This document shows, in pieces, positions 1 to 9,200 of a stretch of DNA of 64,000 nucleotides. Position numbers and translations under genes: made by a program. The stretch comes from Planctomycetota bacterium (GTDB lineage: Bacteria > Planctomycetota > GCA-002687715 > DRQF01). Location: NCBI GenBank assembly GCA_027001995.1, contig JALTLO010000202.1, positions 1-64,000 of the forward strand. The letters run 5' to 3'. The notes below the pieces were generated by a model. That model saw only the letters and a list, made by a program, of their open reading frames with translations. It had not been told where the DNA came from and did no database searches. Within the stretch, counting starts at the first letter, position 1; every line of letters starts with the position of its first letter.

Positions 1-2
1 AC

Positions 3-959
3 GCTATTTGGAATGCCGCATGGAATGCTTGGATGGTTCCGGATCTTCCCAGGAGTGCCACCGAAACTGGACGAGGAATCGTCCAAATGTTGTTTCGAGA
101 TCAAAACAAGACGCACTTTTCCGATACCGCTGGAATCCCTGCCTTCATGCGTTTGACTCGGGTTATCTCTGGAGGCGGAACAGGGCCGTCTATCGAAAGT
201 CACCACATCTTTGACGGTTCCGAATTCTTTGCCAACAACTATCCTTTTAACGTGAAGCAGGGGGAAGTTTATGAGGTGACGCCTCCAACCCCAACCGCTG
301 GCCCAGGCACCCCTATTGATTTTGAGAACTTCGATATCATCATGCGGTTTTGTCGTCCTGGGGATTGGTTGACTCTGAAGATTCCTATGGGGATTCCACC
401 TTCTTCTAATCGTACCTTTGATCCGAAGAACAATGGTTCCTCAAACGATGTTCTCCGTTTCTTTCTTCATCAAAGGATGGACTGTTTAGATTACTCCGGC
501 CAATGTGATCCTAGCAAGAAGCAACAGGTCTTGGGCAACTTTCGCGATCCCACGGCCACCCCTCCCATCGAATATTGCAAACTCCCTCGCCAACTACCGA
601 TTGCCACCCTTTCGAACTCTCTTTCGCCTTTCAATGGCCACACAGTGCCGACATCTCCGTTGTTGACTGAACTTGGGATGCTGCCCGTTGTTACGGCACC
701 AGTAGCCTCCGGGGCCGTCAATTCGGCACCTTATGGTCTTGCCTGGCACTTCGCTCAGGGTACTGCTGTCAGCTCGGGCAATCCTGGCACTCAAAGTTAT
801 CTCTATCTTCGGATTGCTCTGATTAACTATGGGTCTGGTGGCCCCTATGACGGAATCTCTCTGCCCGCAGGGGCCTGGTTTATTCCCACCGGCTTTCTTC
901 CTGGTGTGGACGTGATGTTTGAAGGCGGCTCCGTTCTCGTGCGAGTTCAGGACATCTAA
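3..959 (+). CDS. 5'-partial hypothetical protein (C-terminal part of a large, probably secreted Pro/Gly-rich protein)
   Basis: Frame is open from the window edge (AIWNAAWNAWMVPD...) to TAA 957-959. TAATG overlap with the next ATG. Confidence 0.75.
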   Translation, partial: AIWNAAWNAWMVPDLPRSATETGRGIVQMLFRDQNKTHFSDTAGIPAFMRLTRVISGGGTGPSIESHHIFDGSEFFANNYPFNVKQGEVYEVTPPTPTAGPGTPIDFENFDIIMRFCRPGDWLTLKIPMGIPPSSNRTFDPKNNGSSNDVLRFFLHQRMDCLDYSGQCDPSKKQQVLGNFRDPTATPPIEYCKLPRQLPIATLSNSLSPFNGHTVPTSPLLTELGMLPVVTAPVASGAVNSAPYGLAWHFAQGTAVSSGNPGTQSYLYLRIALINYGSGGPYDGISLPAGAWFIPTGFLPGVDVMFEGGSVLVRVQDI

Positions 960-3235
960 TGCAAACGAAAAAATCACTTATCGAGATCACAGCTGTGTTT
1001 GAAAAGATTCAACAGAGACGGTGCTGGAATAGAGTCCGTTTCACCGTCACTTCCGAAAGTACCTATTCATTCTCTTTGTTGTTGGCTTTTCTCCTTACCT
1101 TCAGTTCGACGGCCTGGGCGCAGTTACCGCAGGTCTTGTACTTGCCGTTCGATGAAGGAGCGGGGGCGGCGACGGCGGACTTATCTGTGCCTGGGCAATC
1201 GAGTACTAACGCAACTTTGACGAATTCGAATAGTTGGAATCTTGTTGATCCTTACTTGGGGAACTCAGCATGGGAACCTTCAACTGCAATCGGCGGATTG
1301 AACGTTGTCAATGTGGGAACAACTTACTCGACGTTGGGATCGTTCACCTTTGAATTTGCGTTGAAGCCCGTTCCATTTCCAATGTTCAGTGCGTTGGACA
1401 TCCTAAATGAGAGTCTTAACCTTAGGGTGTCTCTCCATGAAAATACAGTTGGCGAGTTTCGTCTTAGGATAGGGAGCGTAGGGACGTTTGGCGTAACTGT
1501 GGTAAATGACTTCGGGCCTCCACTTCCTCTTCACAAGTGGACATATGTTTCCCTTGTCTATGATGCCACTCTCAATCTTCTTTTCCTGTACTTCGATGCA
1601 ACATCTGTTGATGTTGTATTTCCGATTGCTTTCGGTGGGCTACCGGGTCTTTCGCTCGCAAATGGTGGCGGCACGTGGCGAATCGGCAGTTCTCCCGGCG
1701 GATCATTCAACACCTGGAACGGTAGCATCGATGAATTTCGCGTTTGGAATGTGGCCCGAAGTCCCGCTTTGATTCGTATGACTTCTAAAGTTGAGTTGGC
1801 CAATGGTGTCATTGATGTGGGAGCGGGGGAGATCACTTCCCCACCTAGACGCTTGGGCCGCTGTCAATACTACTCATCGGCGGAAGTGCTTTCGGTGGTT
1901 GTTTGCAATCCGGGGTTGACGCCCATCGCAGCGGGCTCTGCTATTCCTATGACTGTGTCTGTCGACGGCTCTGTGGTGATGACGGAGTCTCTTGTATTAG
2001 CGAACAATCTGAATCCTGGTGAGAGTTTGCCTTTCACTTTTGCAAACACCATCGATCTCAAACAAGCTGGAGTTCACACAGTACGGGTGACGACGAATTT
2101 TCCTGGGGATACTCAGCCCGGCAATGATGTTTTAGAGCTCGATTTTCGTGGTGGTGGCCCAGGGGTTGTGGACGAATTTCCGTGGCTGGAAGATTTCGAC
2201 GATGAGGTCTACCCAACGTCGACTCCTGCCGTCACGACTGTGCCACCTTTTGGTTGGCACCAAAGACAAGGAGAACTGAACCCACTGGGATTTGAAGAAG
2301 AGTGGTTCTTCATTCGGTCGCCGCAATTCGGCGGCTACTCTGGCTTTCTGCCGGACACAGACCATACGTCTCGTTCCAATTCAGGGCGTTTTGCCAACTT
2401 AGATACAGGGGTTCCCCAACGAAGTATAGAAAGTCCCTGCATCGAACTTCATGGCCTCACCAATCCGACTTTGGCTTTTTATTACAATCGAGAGAGATGG
2501 GGTTCGCTACCATTGGCTTCTGCCCGTCTCCGCGTGAGGGTGCATTCCCTCACGACAGGTTTAACAACCAGAATCTTCTTGCAGACCTTAAACGACGGTC
2601 CCGATGTTTGGCGACTTTTTAGGGCCGATCTTTCGCCTTGGATTGATGAAGTCATTGTCCTCTACTTTGAAGGCGTTGGCGGTAGCAGCAACACCATGAG
2701 CGTTGATGATGTCACCATCATTGACGAGTCAACGACCCTCAATGGGCAAGCCCCTCAACCAGGTTTGGCCACCCTTGATCTCAATGGCGCCACCAATGCC
2801 AACGTGCAAGAGGTTGCTTCTGGCGAAAATGGTATCTACCAGACGGTGAACTTTTCTCCCACGGATCTCAACTACGAGTTTCAAGGGTTGCCTCTACAAC
2901 CAGTCATGCTTCTCTCTGGTGACCGCAATCTGAGGAACGCGACCTTTCCCGGTATCGGCCAGATGGATATGGGAGGTCCCATTGATCCAGTGACAGGCAT
3001 CCCCGGGGCCCTCACCATTTGGGGCAATGGTTTCACGCCAACCGCCGGGCATGACTATCTATTCTACACGGATGCTACAGGAGCGCTCTCCTTGCAGGCC
3101 ACCATGCCTTTCATCTCGACGTTCCCACTGCCATTTGTTCACCGCATCCCCTTCGCCACCTTCCAAGCCGTTATGGGCGTCCCCACAGCCCCCTACTTCG
3201 CCATCAGCAATGCTGTGGAGTTACTGCAGTGGTAG
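959..3235 (+). CDS. Secreted LamG-like jellyroll + CARDB/Ig-like + MAM-like domain protein
   Basis: Signal-like segment ending AWA-Q. LamG-type motifs YLPFDEG, WTYVSLVYD, GSIDEFRVWNVARS. Ig-like NPG...GDTQPGND. MAM-like DTDHT...SPCI...VDDVTI. True start may lie downstream of 959. Confidence 0.75.
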   Translation: MQTKKSLIEITAVFEKIQQRRCWNRVRFTVTSESTYSFSLLLAFLLTFSSTAWAQLPQVLYLPFDEGAGAATADLSVPGQSSTNATLTNSNSWNLVDPYLGNSAWEPSTAIGGLNVVNVGTTYSTLGSFTFEFALKPVPFPMFSALDILNESLNLRVSLHENTVGEFRLRIGSVGTFGVTVVNDFGPPLPLHKWTYVSLVYDATLNLLFLYFDATSVDVVFPIAFGGLPGLSLANGGGTWRIGSSPGGSFNTWNGSIDEFRVWNVARSPALIRMTSKVELANGVIDVGAGEITSPPRRLGRCQYYSSAEVLSVVVCNPGLTPIAAGSAIPMTVSVDGSVVMTESLVLANNLNPGESLPFTFANTIDLKQAGVHTVRVTTNFPGDTQPGNDVLELDFRGGGPGVVDEFPWLEDFDDEVYPTSTPAVTTVPPFGWHQRQGELNPLGFEEEWFFIRSPQFGGYSGFLPDTDHTSRSNSGRFANLDTGVPQRSIESPCIELHGLTNPTLAFYYNRERWGSLPLASARLRVRVHSLTTGLTTRIFLQTLNDGPDVWRLFRADLSPWIDEVIVLYFEGVGGSSNTMSVDDVTIIDESTTLNGQAPQPGLATLDLNGATNANVQEVASGENGIYQTVNFSPTDLNYEFQGLPLQPVMLLSGDRNLRNATFPGIGQMDMGGPIDPVTGIPGALTIWGNGFTPTAGHDYLFYTDATGALSLQATMPFISTFPLPFVHRIPFATFQAVMGVPTAPYFAISNAVELLQW

Positions 3236-3257
3236 GCCAAAATAAAGAGAGTTGAGT

Positions 3258-3392
3258 CTAAGGATCGAAGCGGTAGCCAACGCCGTGGACGGTGATGAGG
3301 TGGCGGGGTGATTCGGGGGAGCGTTCGAGTTTCTTGGGGAGCCCAAAAAAGTGCCTGTCGACAGTGCGGGTGGTGAATGAAGTATTTGCCCC
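3258..3392 (-). pseudogene. Remnant C-terminus of an OmpR/PhoB-family response regulator (winged-helix DNA-binding domain)
   Basis: Minus-strand translation [44 protein letters not shown] fits the Trans_reg_C consensus (RTVDxH...LRKKLE...P..I.TVxGxGYRF). Preceded by an in-frame TGA at 3393-3395, with no start codon or receiver domain. Confidence 0.8.
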
Positions 3393-3453
3393 TCACTCCT
3401 GGAAGCCAGCAAGGATGTCGTGCTCTCGAACTACATGCTGACTCACGACTATT

Positions 3454-4284
3454 ATGAACACTTGCGCTTGGCCACAGCCTGTTCCACGAAAGCCAATTTC
3501 TTGGACTTTGTTGTTTTCAATTATAGTCCTCTCAAGAAAAAACACTTCTTACCCTGCGGTGACCAAATGGTGCCTTGAGAGAATTCGCACAATCATCACG
3601 CCGAAAGACCTGGAGTCCTATCTGCAGTTTCTCGAAACAAGTAAGTCGCGGCGTGCTTGGGTTTCCCACAGAACCATTTGTTCGACCTTGAAGAAAACGG
3701 GATTGGGTAATGGCGATGGTTTCCTCGACCTTCACATGAGAGCTTTGGGCAACTCCCAATGTGATGCTGTTTTCTTGAGCCAAGACCAACGATTAAAGGA
3801 GAACAAGGAGTATCAAACTTTGTTGTTTGAGCAGTGGATGCAGCGCGGGTCGAAAAAGAACGCAGCCCTTGGTCTCATGGATCTCCGTTTTATCCCTCAG
3901 GAGCGTTTGATTGCAGTCCTCATGTCCACACTGGCCGCCAAGGATGTCGACAAGTGCTACGCCATCTTGGTTGAGATGTGCAACGCTGGAATCTCACTTG
4001 GGGATGGGGCATTTTTGCCGTTCTTTGCCCAAGTCATAAAGTATCGGGATTCCAAATCGGCCATAGAATCTCTGCAAGAATTAGCCGTGGAAGGTCTCAG
4101 GCAGCAATTCTCTATTGAATCTTTGAAAATCCTCGTGGAGGCTCAGCGGCTTTCAGACCCTGACAATGCCAAAGATGCCAAGGTCGCGATTGAGAAGATC
4201 CGCCTCTATTTGAGCGAGAAGGCGGCCCTTCAGGAGATGGAGATCAATCAGAAGCTCATTGAAGCTGGCCGCCGAACAAAATAG
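3454..4284 (+). CDS. Hypothetical alpha-helical protein, possibly 5'-truncated or frameshifted
   Basis: 276-aa ORF with no RBS at the ATG. An overlapping open frame at 3381-3578 could join it at the A6 run 3537-3542. Confidence 0.5.
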   Translation: MNTCAWPQPVPRKPISWTLLFSIIVLSRKNTSYPAVTKWCLERIRTIITPKDLESYLQFLETSKSRRAWVSHRTICSTLKKTGLGNGDGFLDLHMRALGNSQCDAVFLSQDQRLKENKEYQTLLFEQWMQRGSKKNAALGLMDLRFIPQERLIAVLMSTLAAKDVDKCYAILVEMCNAGISLGDGAFLPFFAQVIKYRDSKSAIESLQELAVEGLRQQFSIESLKILVEAQRLSDPDNAKDAKVAIEKIRLYLSEKAALQEMEINQKLIEAGRRTK

Positions 4285-4305
4285 CAGCTTCTCGGCCATC
4301 ACAAG

Positions 4306-4328
4306 GGAGGCGGAGCCCATCCGCCTCC
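4306..4328 (+). terminator. GC-rich hairpin downstream of the 3454-4284 ORF (no clear U tail)
   Basis: GGAGGCGGA-gccca-TCCGCCTCC, 9-bp perfect stem. Confidence 0.4.
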
Positions 4329-4529
4329 TGCAGGTCATCAGTTGTGGATGTGGATCAGTCTTGCTGTTCGCAAGTATGTTGAATGAGCCGTAAATTGGAC
4401 GGTTCTGTGAGGCGCCGGTTTCTCATTCGTTCGTTTCGACAAGTGTCGCTGAGGTTTATCTTCATTTGCTTTGATTGGATCTTTGCAGATAGAGTGGGGG
4501 GTGCCGAAGCTCGTGAATGAGGACAAACA

Positions 4530-4931
4530 TTGCAAGGCCTCGTATTTGACGAAAAACGAAAGCTGATCAGTTGGCAACCCAAGGAGGACTTTGGGCCAGC
4601 GTTGATTGCACGCTATTTCGAAGAAATCGCCCAAGTGAATTGGGGCAACGATGCGGATCGCTATTGTGATCTCAGTTTGCTCGGCGACCTGGATTTGGAC
4701 TACGAGAAAATGCGTCAAGTCGTGTCCATCCGGAAGTCCACGCTTATGAACGCGAGGCACCTCAAACTGGGGATTTATGCTCCTCAAGATTTCGCATTTG
4801 CCACCGCAAGGATGTACCAATCCGTGATGTCTGGAGAAGACATGGAAATCTTGGTGAGCCGCGAAATCTCTCAAGTGGGGGGATTCTTAGGTGTTTCCCT
4901 CGATGGTCTTTTCGAAGGCCCAAGAGCTTGA
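4530..4931 (+). CDS. Small hypothetical protein, STAS/SEC14 (SpoIIAA-like) fold suspected
   Basis: TTG start with GAGG RBS. Pattern D-L-S...K-LGIYAP..FAFATARMY..V.REIS is typical of this group. Confidence 0.6.
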   Translation: MQGLVFDEKRKLISWQPKEDFGPALIARYFEEIAQVNWGNDADRYCDLSLLGDLDLDYEKMRQVVSIRKSTLMNARHLKLGIYAPQDFAFATARMYQSVMSGEDMEILVSREISQVGGFLGVSLDGLFEGPRA

Positions 4932-5152
4932 GGGTTTCACTTCGTTGCTTGGCTAAGATCACCATTGGGCTTGGAGTCTTGTCTTTCTTGGGAATTTTCC
5001 TTTTACCTTCCATTCCATGAACTCGTATTCTTGTATCCCATCTTCACAGCGGGCCCATTTGGGGGCCACCTCAACCTTCGCTACGTTCTGGGTGCCAATC
5101 TGTGTAGGATACCCCTTGAACGACCCTTGGAATAGTCGAACCGAGAGATGAC

Positions 5153-5482
5153 ATGGGACCGAGAGACATAGAAATGGTTGGCAACCTGGTGAAGGTTTGC
5201 TTTGACAAGACGCAGCGCCAAGTTGTTGATTCCATCGTGGCAGACGAGGAGGTCCGCTACGAATTTGAAGTGAGGCATGACGAATTGGAGATGGAGGACG
5301 GCGTCCTCTTAACTGCCAATCGGCGAGCTTGTTTGGCTTTGGCGAAAATCTTTGGCCAATTGGCTCTTTGCGACCTTCAGGACGGCCACAGCGTGCGGCT
5401 TGGTTGGGACGAAGCTGATGCTGTCGGTATCCGCATAGTTCTGGACGAAACCGGCCGTATGGATGGCTGTGACGACACTTAA
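5153..5482 (+). CDS. Small acidic protein resembling Imm32-family immunity proteins
   Basis: GVLLTANRRACLALAKIFGQLA...GHSVRL resembles the Imm32 pattern V.I.AN..GL..LA..L..LA...G.H.HL (recalled, not searched). Confidence 0.5.
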   Translation: MGPRDIEMVGNLVKVCFDKTQRQVVDSIVADEEVRYEFEVRHDELEMEDGVLLTANRRACLALAKIFGQLALCDLQDGHSVRLGWDEADAVGIRIVLDETGRMDGCDDT

Positions 5483-5640
5483 CCCGACTCATTCATGAGA
5501 TCGTGGTTGTTGTCTGAGAGAATGCTCCGCAAAGAAAGCTCAGCACAACGGTTCTAAAGACTTCTTCTCAAAACACAACACAGCCAGGGACGGCGGCGAG
5601 ATCGTGTCATTATTCGGGTTAACCCTTGATGGGGAATGGA

Positions 5641-6687
5641 CTATTCCAAAGTCCGACTGGGCAATAGGCCCGCTTCGACGTTCTTCACGTCAGCTAAGAC
5701 CATTTTCTCGACGAGTTGCTCGAAATTCACTTCTGGGTTCCAGTTGAGCGATTTTCTTGCACGGCTTGGGTCGCCCAAAAGCTGCTCAACTTCCGCAGGC
5801 CGCCAGAATTTTGGGTTCACCCGAACGACCACCTCGCCGGTCTTTTGGTTGCGTCCAACTTCTTTCTCTGCCGATCCTTCCCATTCAATGGACATGTCTA
5901 AAGCCGAAGCTGCGGCATTGACGAAGTCCCGAACGGAATGAGTTCTTCCAGAAGCGATGACGAAGTCTTGGGGTGTTTCTTGCTGCATCATGAGATAGGC
6001 GGCATTCATGTAGTCCCCAGCGAATCCCCAGTCTCTTTCGGCATCAAGGTTGCCCAATTGCATTTCACCTTTGCCGTCGTGATGAATGCGTGCCAAAGAA
6101 GAAGTGATCTTGCGGGTGACGAACTCTAAGCCTCGGAGGGGCGATTCATGGTTGAAGAGAATTCCAGAGACCGTGTACATATCGTGGGATTCTCGATAAT
6201 TCACACTCATCCAGTGAGCATAGAGTTTGGCAACACCATAGGGGCTGCGGGGGTAGAAAGGCGTTGTTTCGGTTTGGGGGACCGCTTGGACTTTTCCAAA
6301 CATCTCAGAAGTTGAGGCCTGATACATCTTCATCTTCGGATCGACGCAGCGAATGGCCTCTAAGAGTCTTGCCACGCCGATGCCGTCGATGTCGCTCGTG
6401 TAGAGGGGTTGCTCAAATGAAATACCAACAAAACTCTGGGCGGCTAAGTTGTAAACTTCGTCCGGCTGAACCCGATCTAAGGTGCGGAGGATGTTGTTGT
6501 ATTCAGCCAATTCGAAGGGCTCGAATTGGATGTCGTCTAAGACGCCGATTTCCTTGAGCCGCCAAGTGGTGAGGGATGCGCTTCGTCGGTAAGCACCGTG
6601 AACCTGATATCCTTCGTCCGTTAGTCGACGAGCGAGATAGGCTCCATCTTGTCCAGTGATACCCGTTATTAGTGCGCGCTTGGCCAT
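5641..6687 (-). CDS. gmd: GDP-mannose 4,6-dehydratase
   Basis: ALITGITGQDGAYLA, YNLAAQSFV, YQASTSEMFG, PRSPYGVAKLY, ILFNHESPLRG, LGNLDAERDWG. Confidence 0.97.
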   Translation of the reverse strand: MAKRALITGITGQDGAYLARRLTDEGYQVHGAYRRSASLTTWRLKEIGVLDDIQFEPFELAEYNNILRTLDRVQPDEVYNLAAQSFVGISFEQPLYTSDIDGIGVARLLEAIRCVDPKMKMYQASTSEMFGKVQAVPQTETTPFYPRSPYGVAKLYAHWMSVNYRESHDMYTVSGILFNHESPLRGLEFVTRKITSSLARIHHDGKGEMQLGNLDAERDWGFAGDYMNAAYLMMQQETPQDFVIASGRTHSVRDFVNAAASALDMSIEWEGSAEKEVGRNQKTGEVVVRVNPKFWRPAEVEQLLGDPSRARKSLNWNPEVNFEQLVEKMVLADVKNVEAGLLPSRTLE

Positions 6688-6785
6688 GAGAATCCCCCTG
6701 CATTCATGTAGTGGGTGGATTCTATCACAGTTTCCCCCAAAGGATAAACGCGGATGGTGGACTCTTTCACCGATGGCGAGTGGGG

Positions 6786-8105
6786 TTAGTCTCTCTTGCT
6801 GTTCGGGTCTTTATCCGGACGCTGATCTGCACGGCTTTGGTCGGGGAACTTGTCCTCGAAGATGTAACCTTCTTCGTTGTAGTCCACCGACCCTTGTTCT
6901 GCCAGCAAAGAGCAGGAGGCGCAATAGGGCATGGGTTTCCCCTCGTGGAGTCCTTTGCGCAGAGCTTGGTACTCCTTACCATTCCAGATCTCGTTCCAGT
7001 CTTGTTGAAAGACATTGCCAACGACAGGGCGACTTTGGTGACAACAGGGAGCAACATCGCCAGATATGTTGACGAAGACTTGGCGCCAGGCAAATTGGCA
7101 CCAATAGCGCCCTTTTTCCTTGCTCCATGCCGGTGGAGGAGATTCTTGGGCCATGACCTCTTGAGGTCGATTGGGAACGTCAGAGACGATCGGACCAGAA
7201 ATATGATCCATCCGTGGCAACATGCCTGTCGCCCCGACTTCGCCGTCTAATCCTTGGCCGCGGTGGCTGATTTCCAAGACTGTGGCATCTTCAATGTCAA
7301 AGAGAGCTGGTGCTGTCAGTGGCACTCCCAATTCTTCGGCCTTTTCTTTAGCTTTGATGATCCATTTGTTGGCCAAAGCTTTGTGCTCGAATAGAGAAGA
7401 ACCCCGCAATTCTTTGGTGAACACTAATAGGTGGCCAGCGCTCACTTCATCCACATGAAGCTTGTGGGCCCATTCGATGATGGCAGGGAATTCTTCAATA
7501 TTCTCCCGCATCAAAGTCACCCCAAAGGTGAATTTGACCTTTTTTATCAGCCCTTGGACCTCCCGTAGATCCCGAAATTGCTCCAGGTTGCGAATCACCA
7601 CGTCGAATTTGGAGCCGGTACGACAATGCTCAAAGGTTTCTTTGGTGCCGCCATCGAAGCTCATGGTTAAGCGGTCCAGAAGGGGCATCATGCGCTCTAA
7701 GCGAGGGTTTTTGAGCAGCATGCCATTGGTGACGATTTCTAGTTTGACATCGAAGCGTTCAGCATACTCCAGCATGATGTCAAAGTGAGGAAAAGTCATG
7801 GGTTCGCCGATGACCGTGGGATTCACCACGCTCACATAAGGGAAAGCCGTTTCAGCCATGGCCCGAAACATGGTCTCATCCATGGCGAATTTGTGGACGC
7901 CTTGCTTACGGAACTCGTTGCGGCCGAATTCGCAATCACAAAAGAAGCAATGAAGATTGCAATCTCCGGTGAATTCAAAAGTGATTTTCATGGGCACGGC
8001 GTCGACCACCGGATTGGCGGCATTCTCCGCAGACAATGCTTTGGCCTCATTTCCTTGGGTGACCGCTGTGTATTCATTCGAATCGAAATTTTGTGGCATG
8101 GGCAA
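6786..8105 (-). CDS. Radical SAM protein with C-terminal SPASM/twitch domain
   Basis: CNLHCFFC (CX3CX2C), GEP, TNG. C-terminal C...GDVAPCC...GNV...EIWNG...CASC. Confidence 0.9.
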   Translation of the reverse strand: MPMPQNFDSNEYTAVTQGNEAKALSAENAANPVVDAVPMKITFEFTGDCNLHCFFCDCEFGRNEFRKQGVHKFAMDETMFRAMAETAFPYVSVVNPTVIGEPMTFPHFDIMLEYAERFDVKLEIVTNGMLLKNPRLERMMPLLDRLTMSFDGGTKETFEHCRTGSKFDVVIRNLEQFRDLREVQGLIKKVKFTFGVTLMRENIEEFPAIIEWAHKLHVDEVSAGHLLVFTKELRGSSLFEHKALANKWIIKAKEKAEELGVPLTAPALFDIEDATVLEISHRGQGLDGEVGATGMLPRMDHISGPIVSDVPNRPQEVMAQESPPPAWSKEKGRYWCQFAWRQVFVNISGDVAPCCHQSRPVVGNVFQQDWNEIWNGKEYQALRKGLHEGKPMPYCASCSLLAEQGSVDYNEEGYIFEDKFPDQSRADQRPDKDPNSKRD

Positions 8106-8522
8106 CTCGTTCTTGTGTTCTCAATTGGCAGCATAGCACAATTGACGTGGGATCATGACCATCTATAGCGAAGATGAACCGCCCTTCTCTTGATCAGGAG
8201 AGAGGGTAGGGCTGACCCAAAACCACGATATCTGGACTGAGGTGAAAAAACCCCTATCAATCGCCTCGGGTTGCAAGTTTCCTCAACTTGAACCAAATGT
8301 CAGGAACTCAACCAAATTTCCTTTCCATGCCTTACGAAAGTGGCCCCCCATGGTTAAAGTCATTGAGCCGCGTTGATGACCTCTCGTCTCAAGAGATGGG
8401 AGAGGCTCTGTTTGGGCCTCAATGCTGGCCTTGAATCGAACGTCGTAGTCAGAATCGGCCGATTGCATCGGTCGCAGTTCAAACTGTCCAAGAAATCGGG
8501 CAGATGAAGGGGAGCTTAACTT

Positions 8523-9200
8523 ATGTCGGATGGAATCGGCAAATTCCTACTCTCCTCCCTGGGGAAGAAGTTGATCATGGGACTGACTGGGCTCATGCTC
8601 GTAGGTTTCTTGGTCGCCCACCTCCTCGGCAACCTCAGCATCTATGGTGATGTGGATCACGGCACCAGCTTCATCGCTTATGCCAACAAGCTCCACGATC
8701 TCGGACCATTGCTGTGGGTTATGGAGATCGGTCTGGTGGCACTTTTTGGCGTCCACATCTGGATGGCTTTGAAGATCACAGCAGAGAATCGGAAGGCAAG
8801 GCCCCAAGGTTATGCCCACCCGAATACCTTCGGGAAGGCCACGCCTGCCTCCAGAAGCATGCCCTACACGGGCATCGCAATTCTCGGTTTCCTGATCATG
8901 CACCTGATTCACTTTCGCTTCATGAAAGGAATCGCCGCACCAGGATCAGTTGAGCTTCATCGCGAAGTCATTTCAGTCATGAGCGATCCTTTGTGGGGCA
9001 GTTTGTACGTCGTCTTGTCCATCTTGATTGGGGTGCATTTGGCTCACGGCTTTAAGAGCGCTTTTCAATCGATTGGCGTCAATCACCCTCGTCTCAACGG
9101 ACTGTTGGGCAAGATGGGTATCGCTTTGGCGATCATCTTGGCGCTCGGATTCGCATCATTCCCAATTGTGGCCATGTTTGCTTGGAGGACATCGGTGTAA
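8523..9200 (+). CDS. sdhC: Succinate dehydrogenase/fumarate reductase cytochrome b558 subunit
   Basis: [13 protein letters not shown], five hydrophobic helices with His ligands (HLLGN, HIW, HLIHF, HLAHG). GGGGAG RBS. First gene of sdhCAB. Confidence 0.93.
   Translation: MSDGIGKFLLSSLGKKLIMGLTGLMLVGFLVAHLLGNLSIYGDVDHGTSFIAYANKLHDLGPLLWVMEIGLVALFGVHIWMALKITAENRKARPQGYAHPNTFGKATPASRSMPYTGIAILGFLIMHLIHFRFMKGIAAPGSVELHREVISVMSDPLWGSLYVVLSILIGVHLAHGFKSAFQSIGVNHPRLNGLLGKMGIALAIILALGFASFPIVAMFAWRTSV

Noticed and set aside
3393..3395. In-frame TGA in the OmpR fragment as recoding (Sec/Trp readthrough)
   Set aside because: TGA is a normal stop in many genes here, and the upstream frame shows no receiver or wHTH similarity, so decay is the simpler explanation.
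4959..5492. Minus-strand 177-aa ORF whose tail lies in the 4931-5153 gap
   Set aside because: Mostly antisense to the Imm32-like gene, with no convincing start/RBS or motif.
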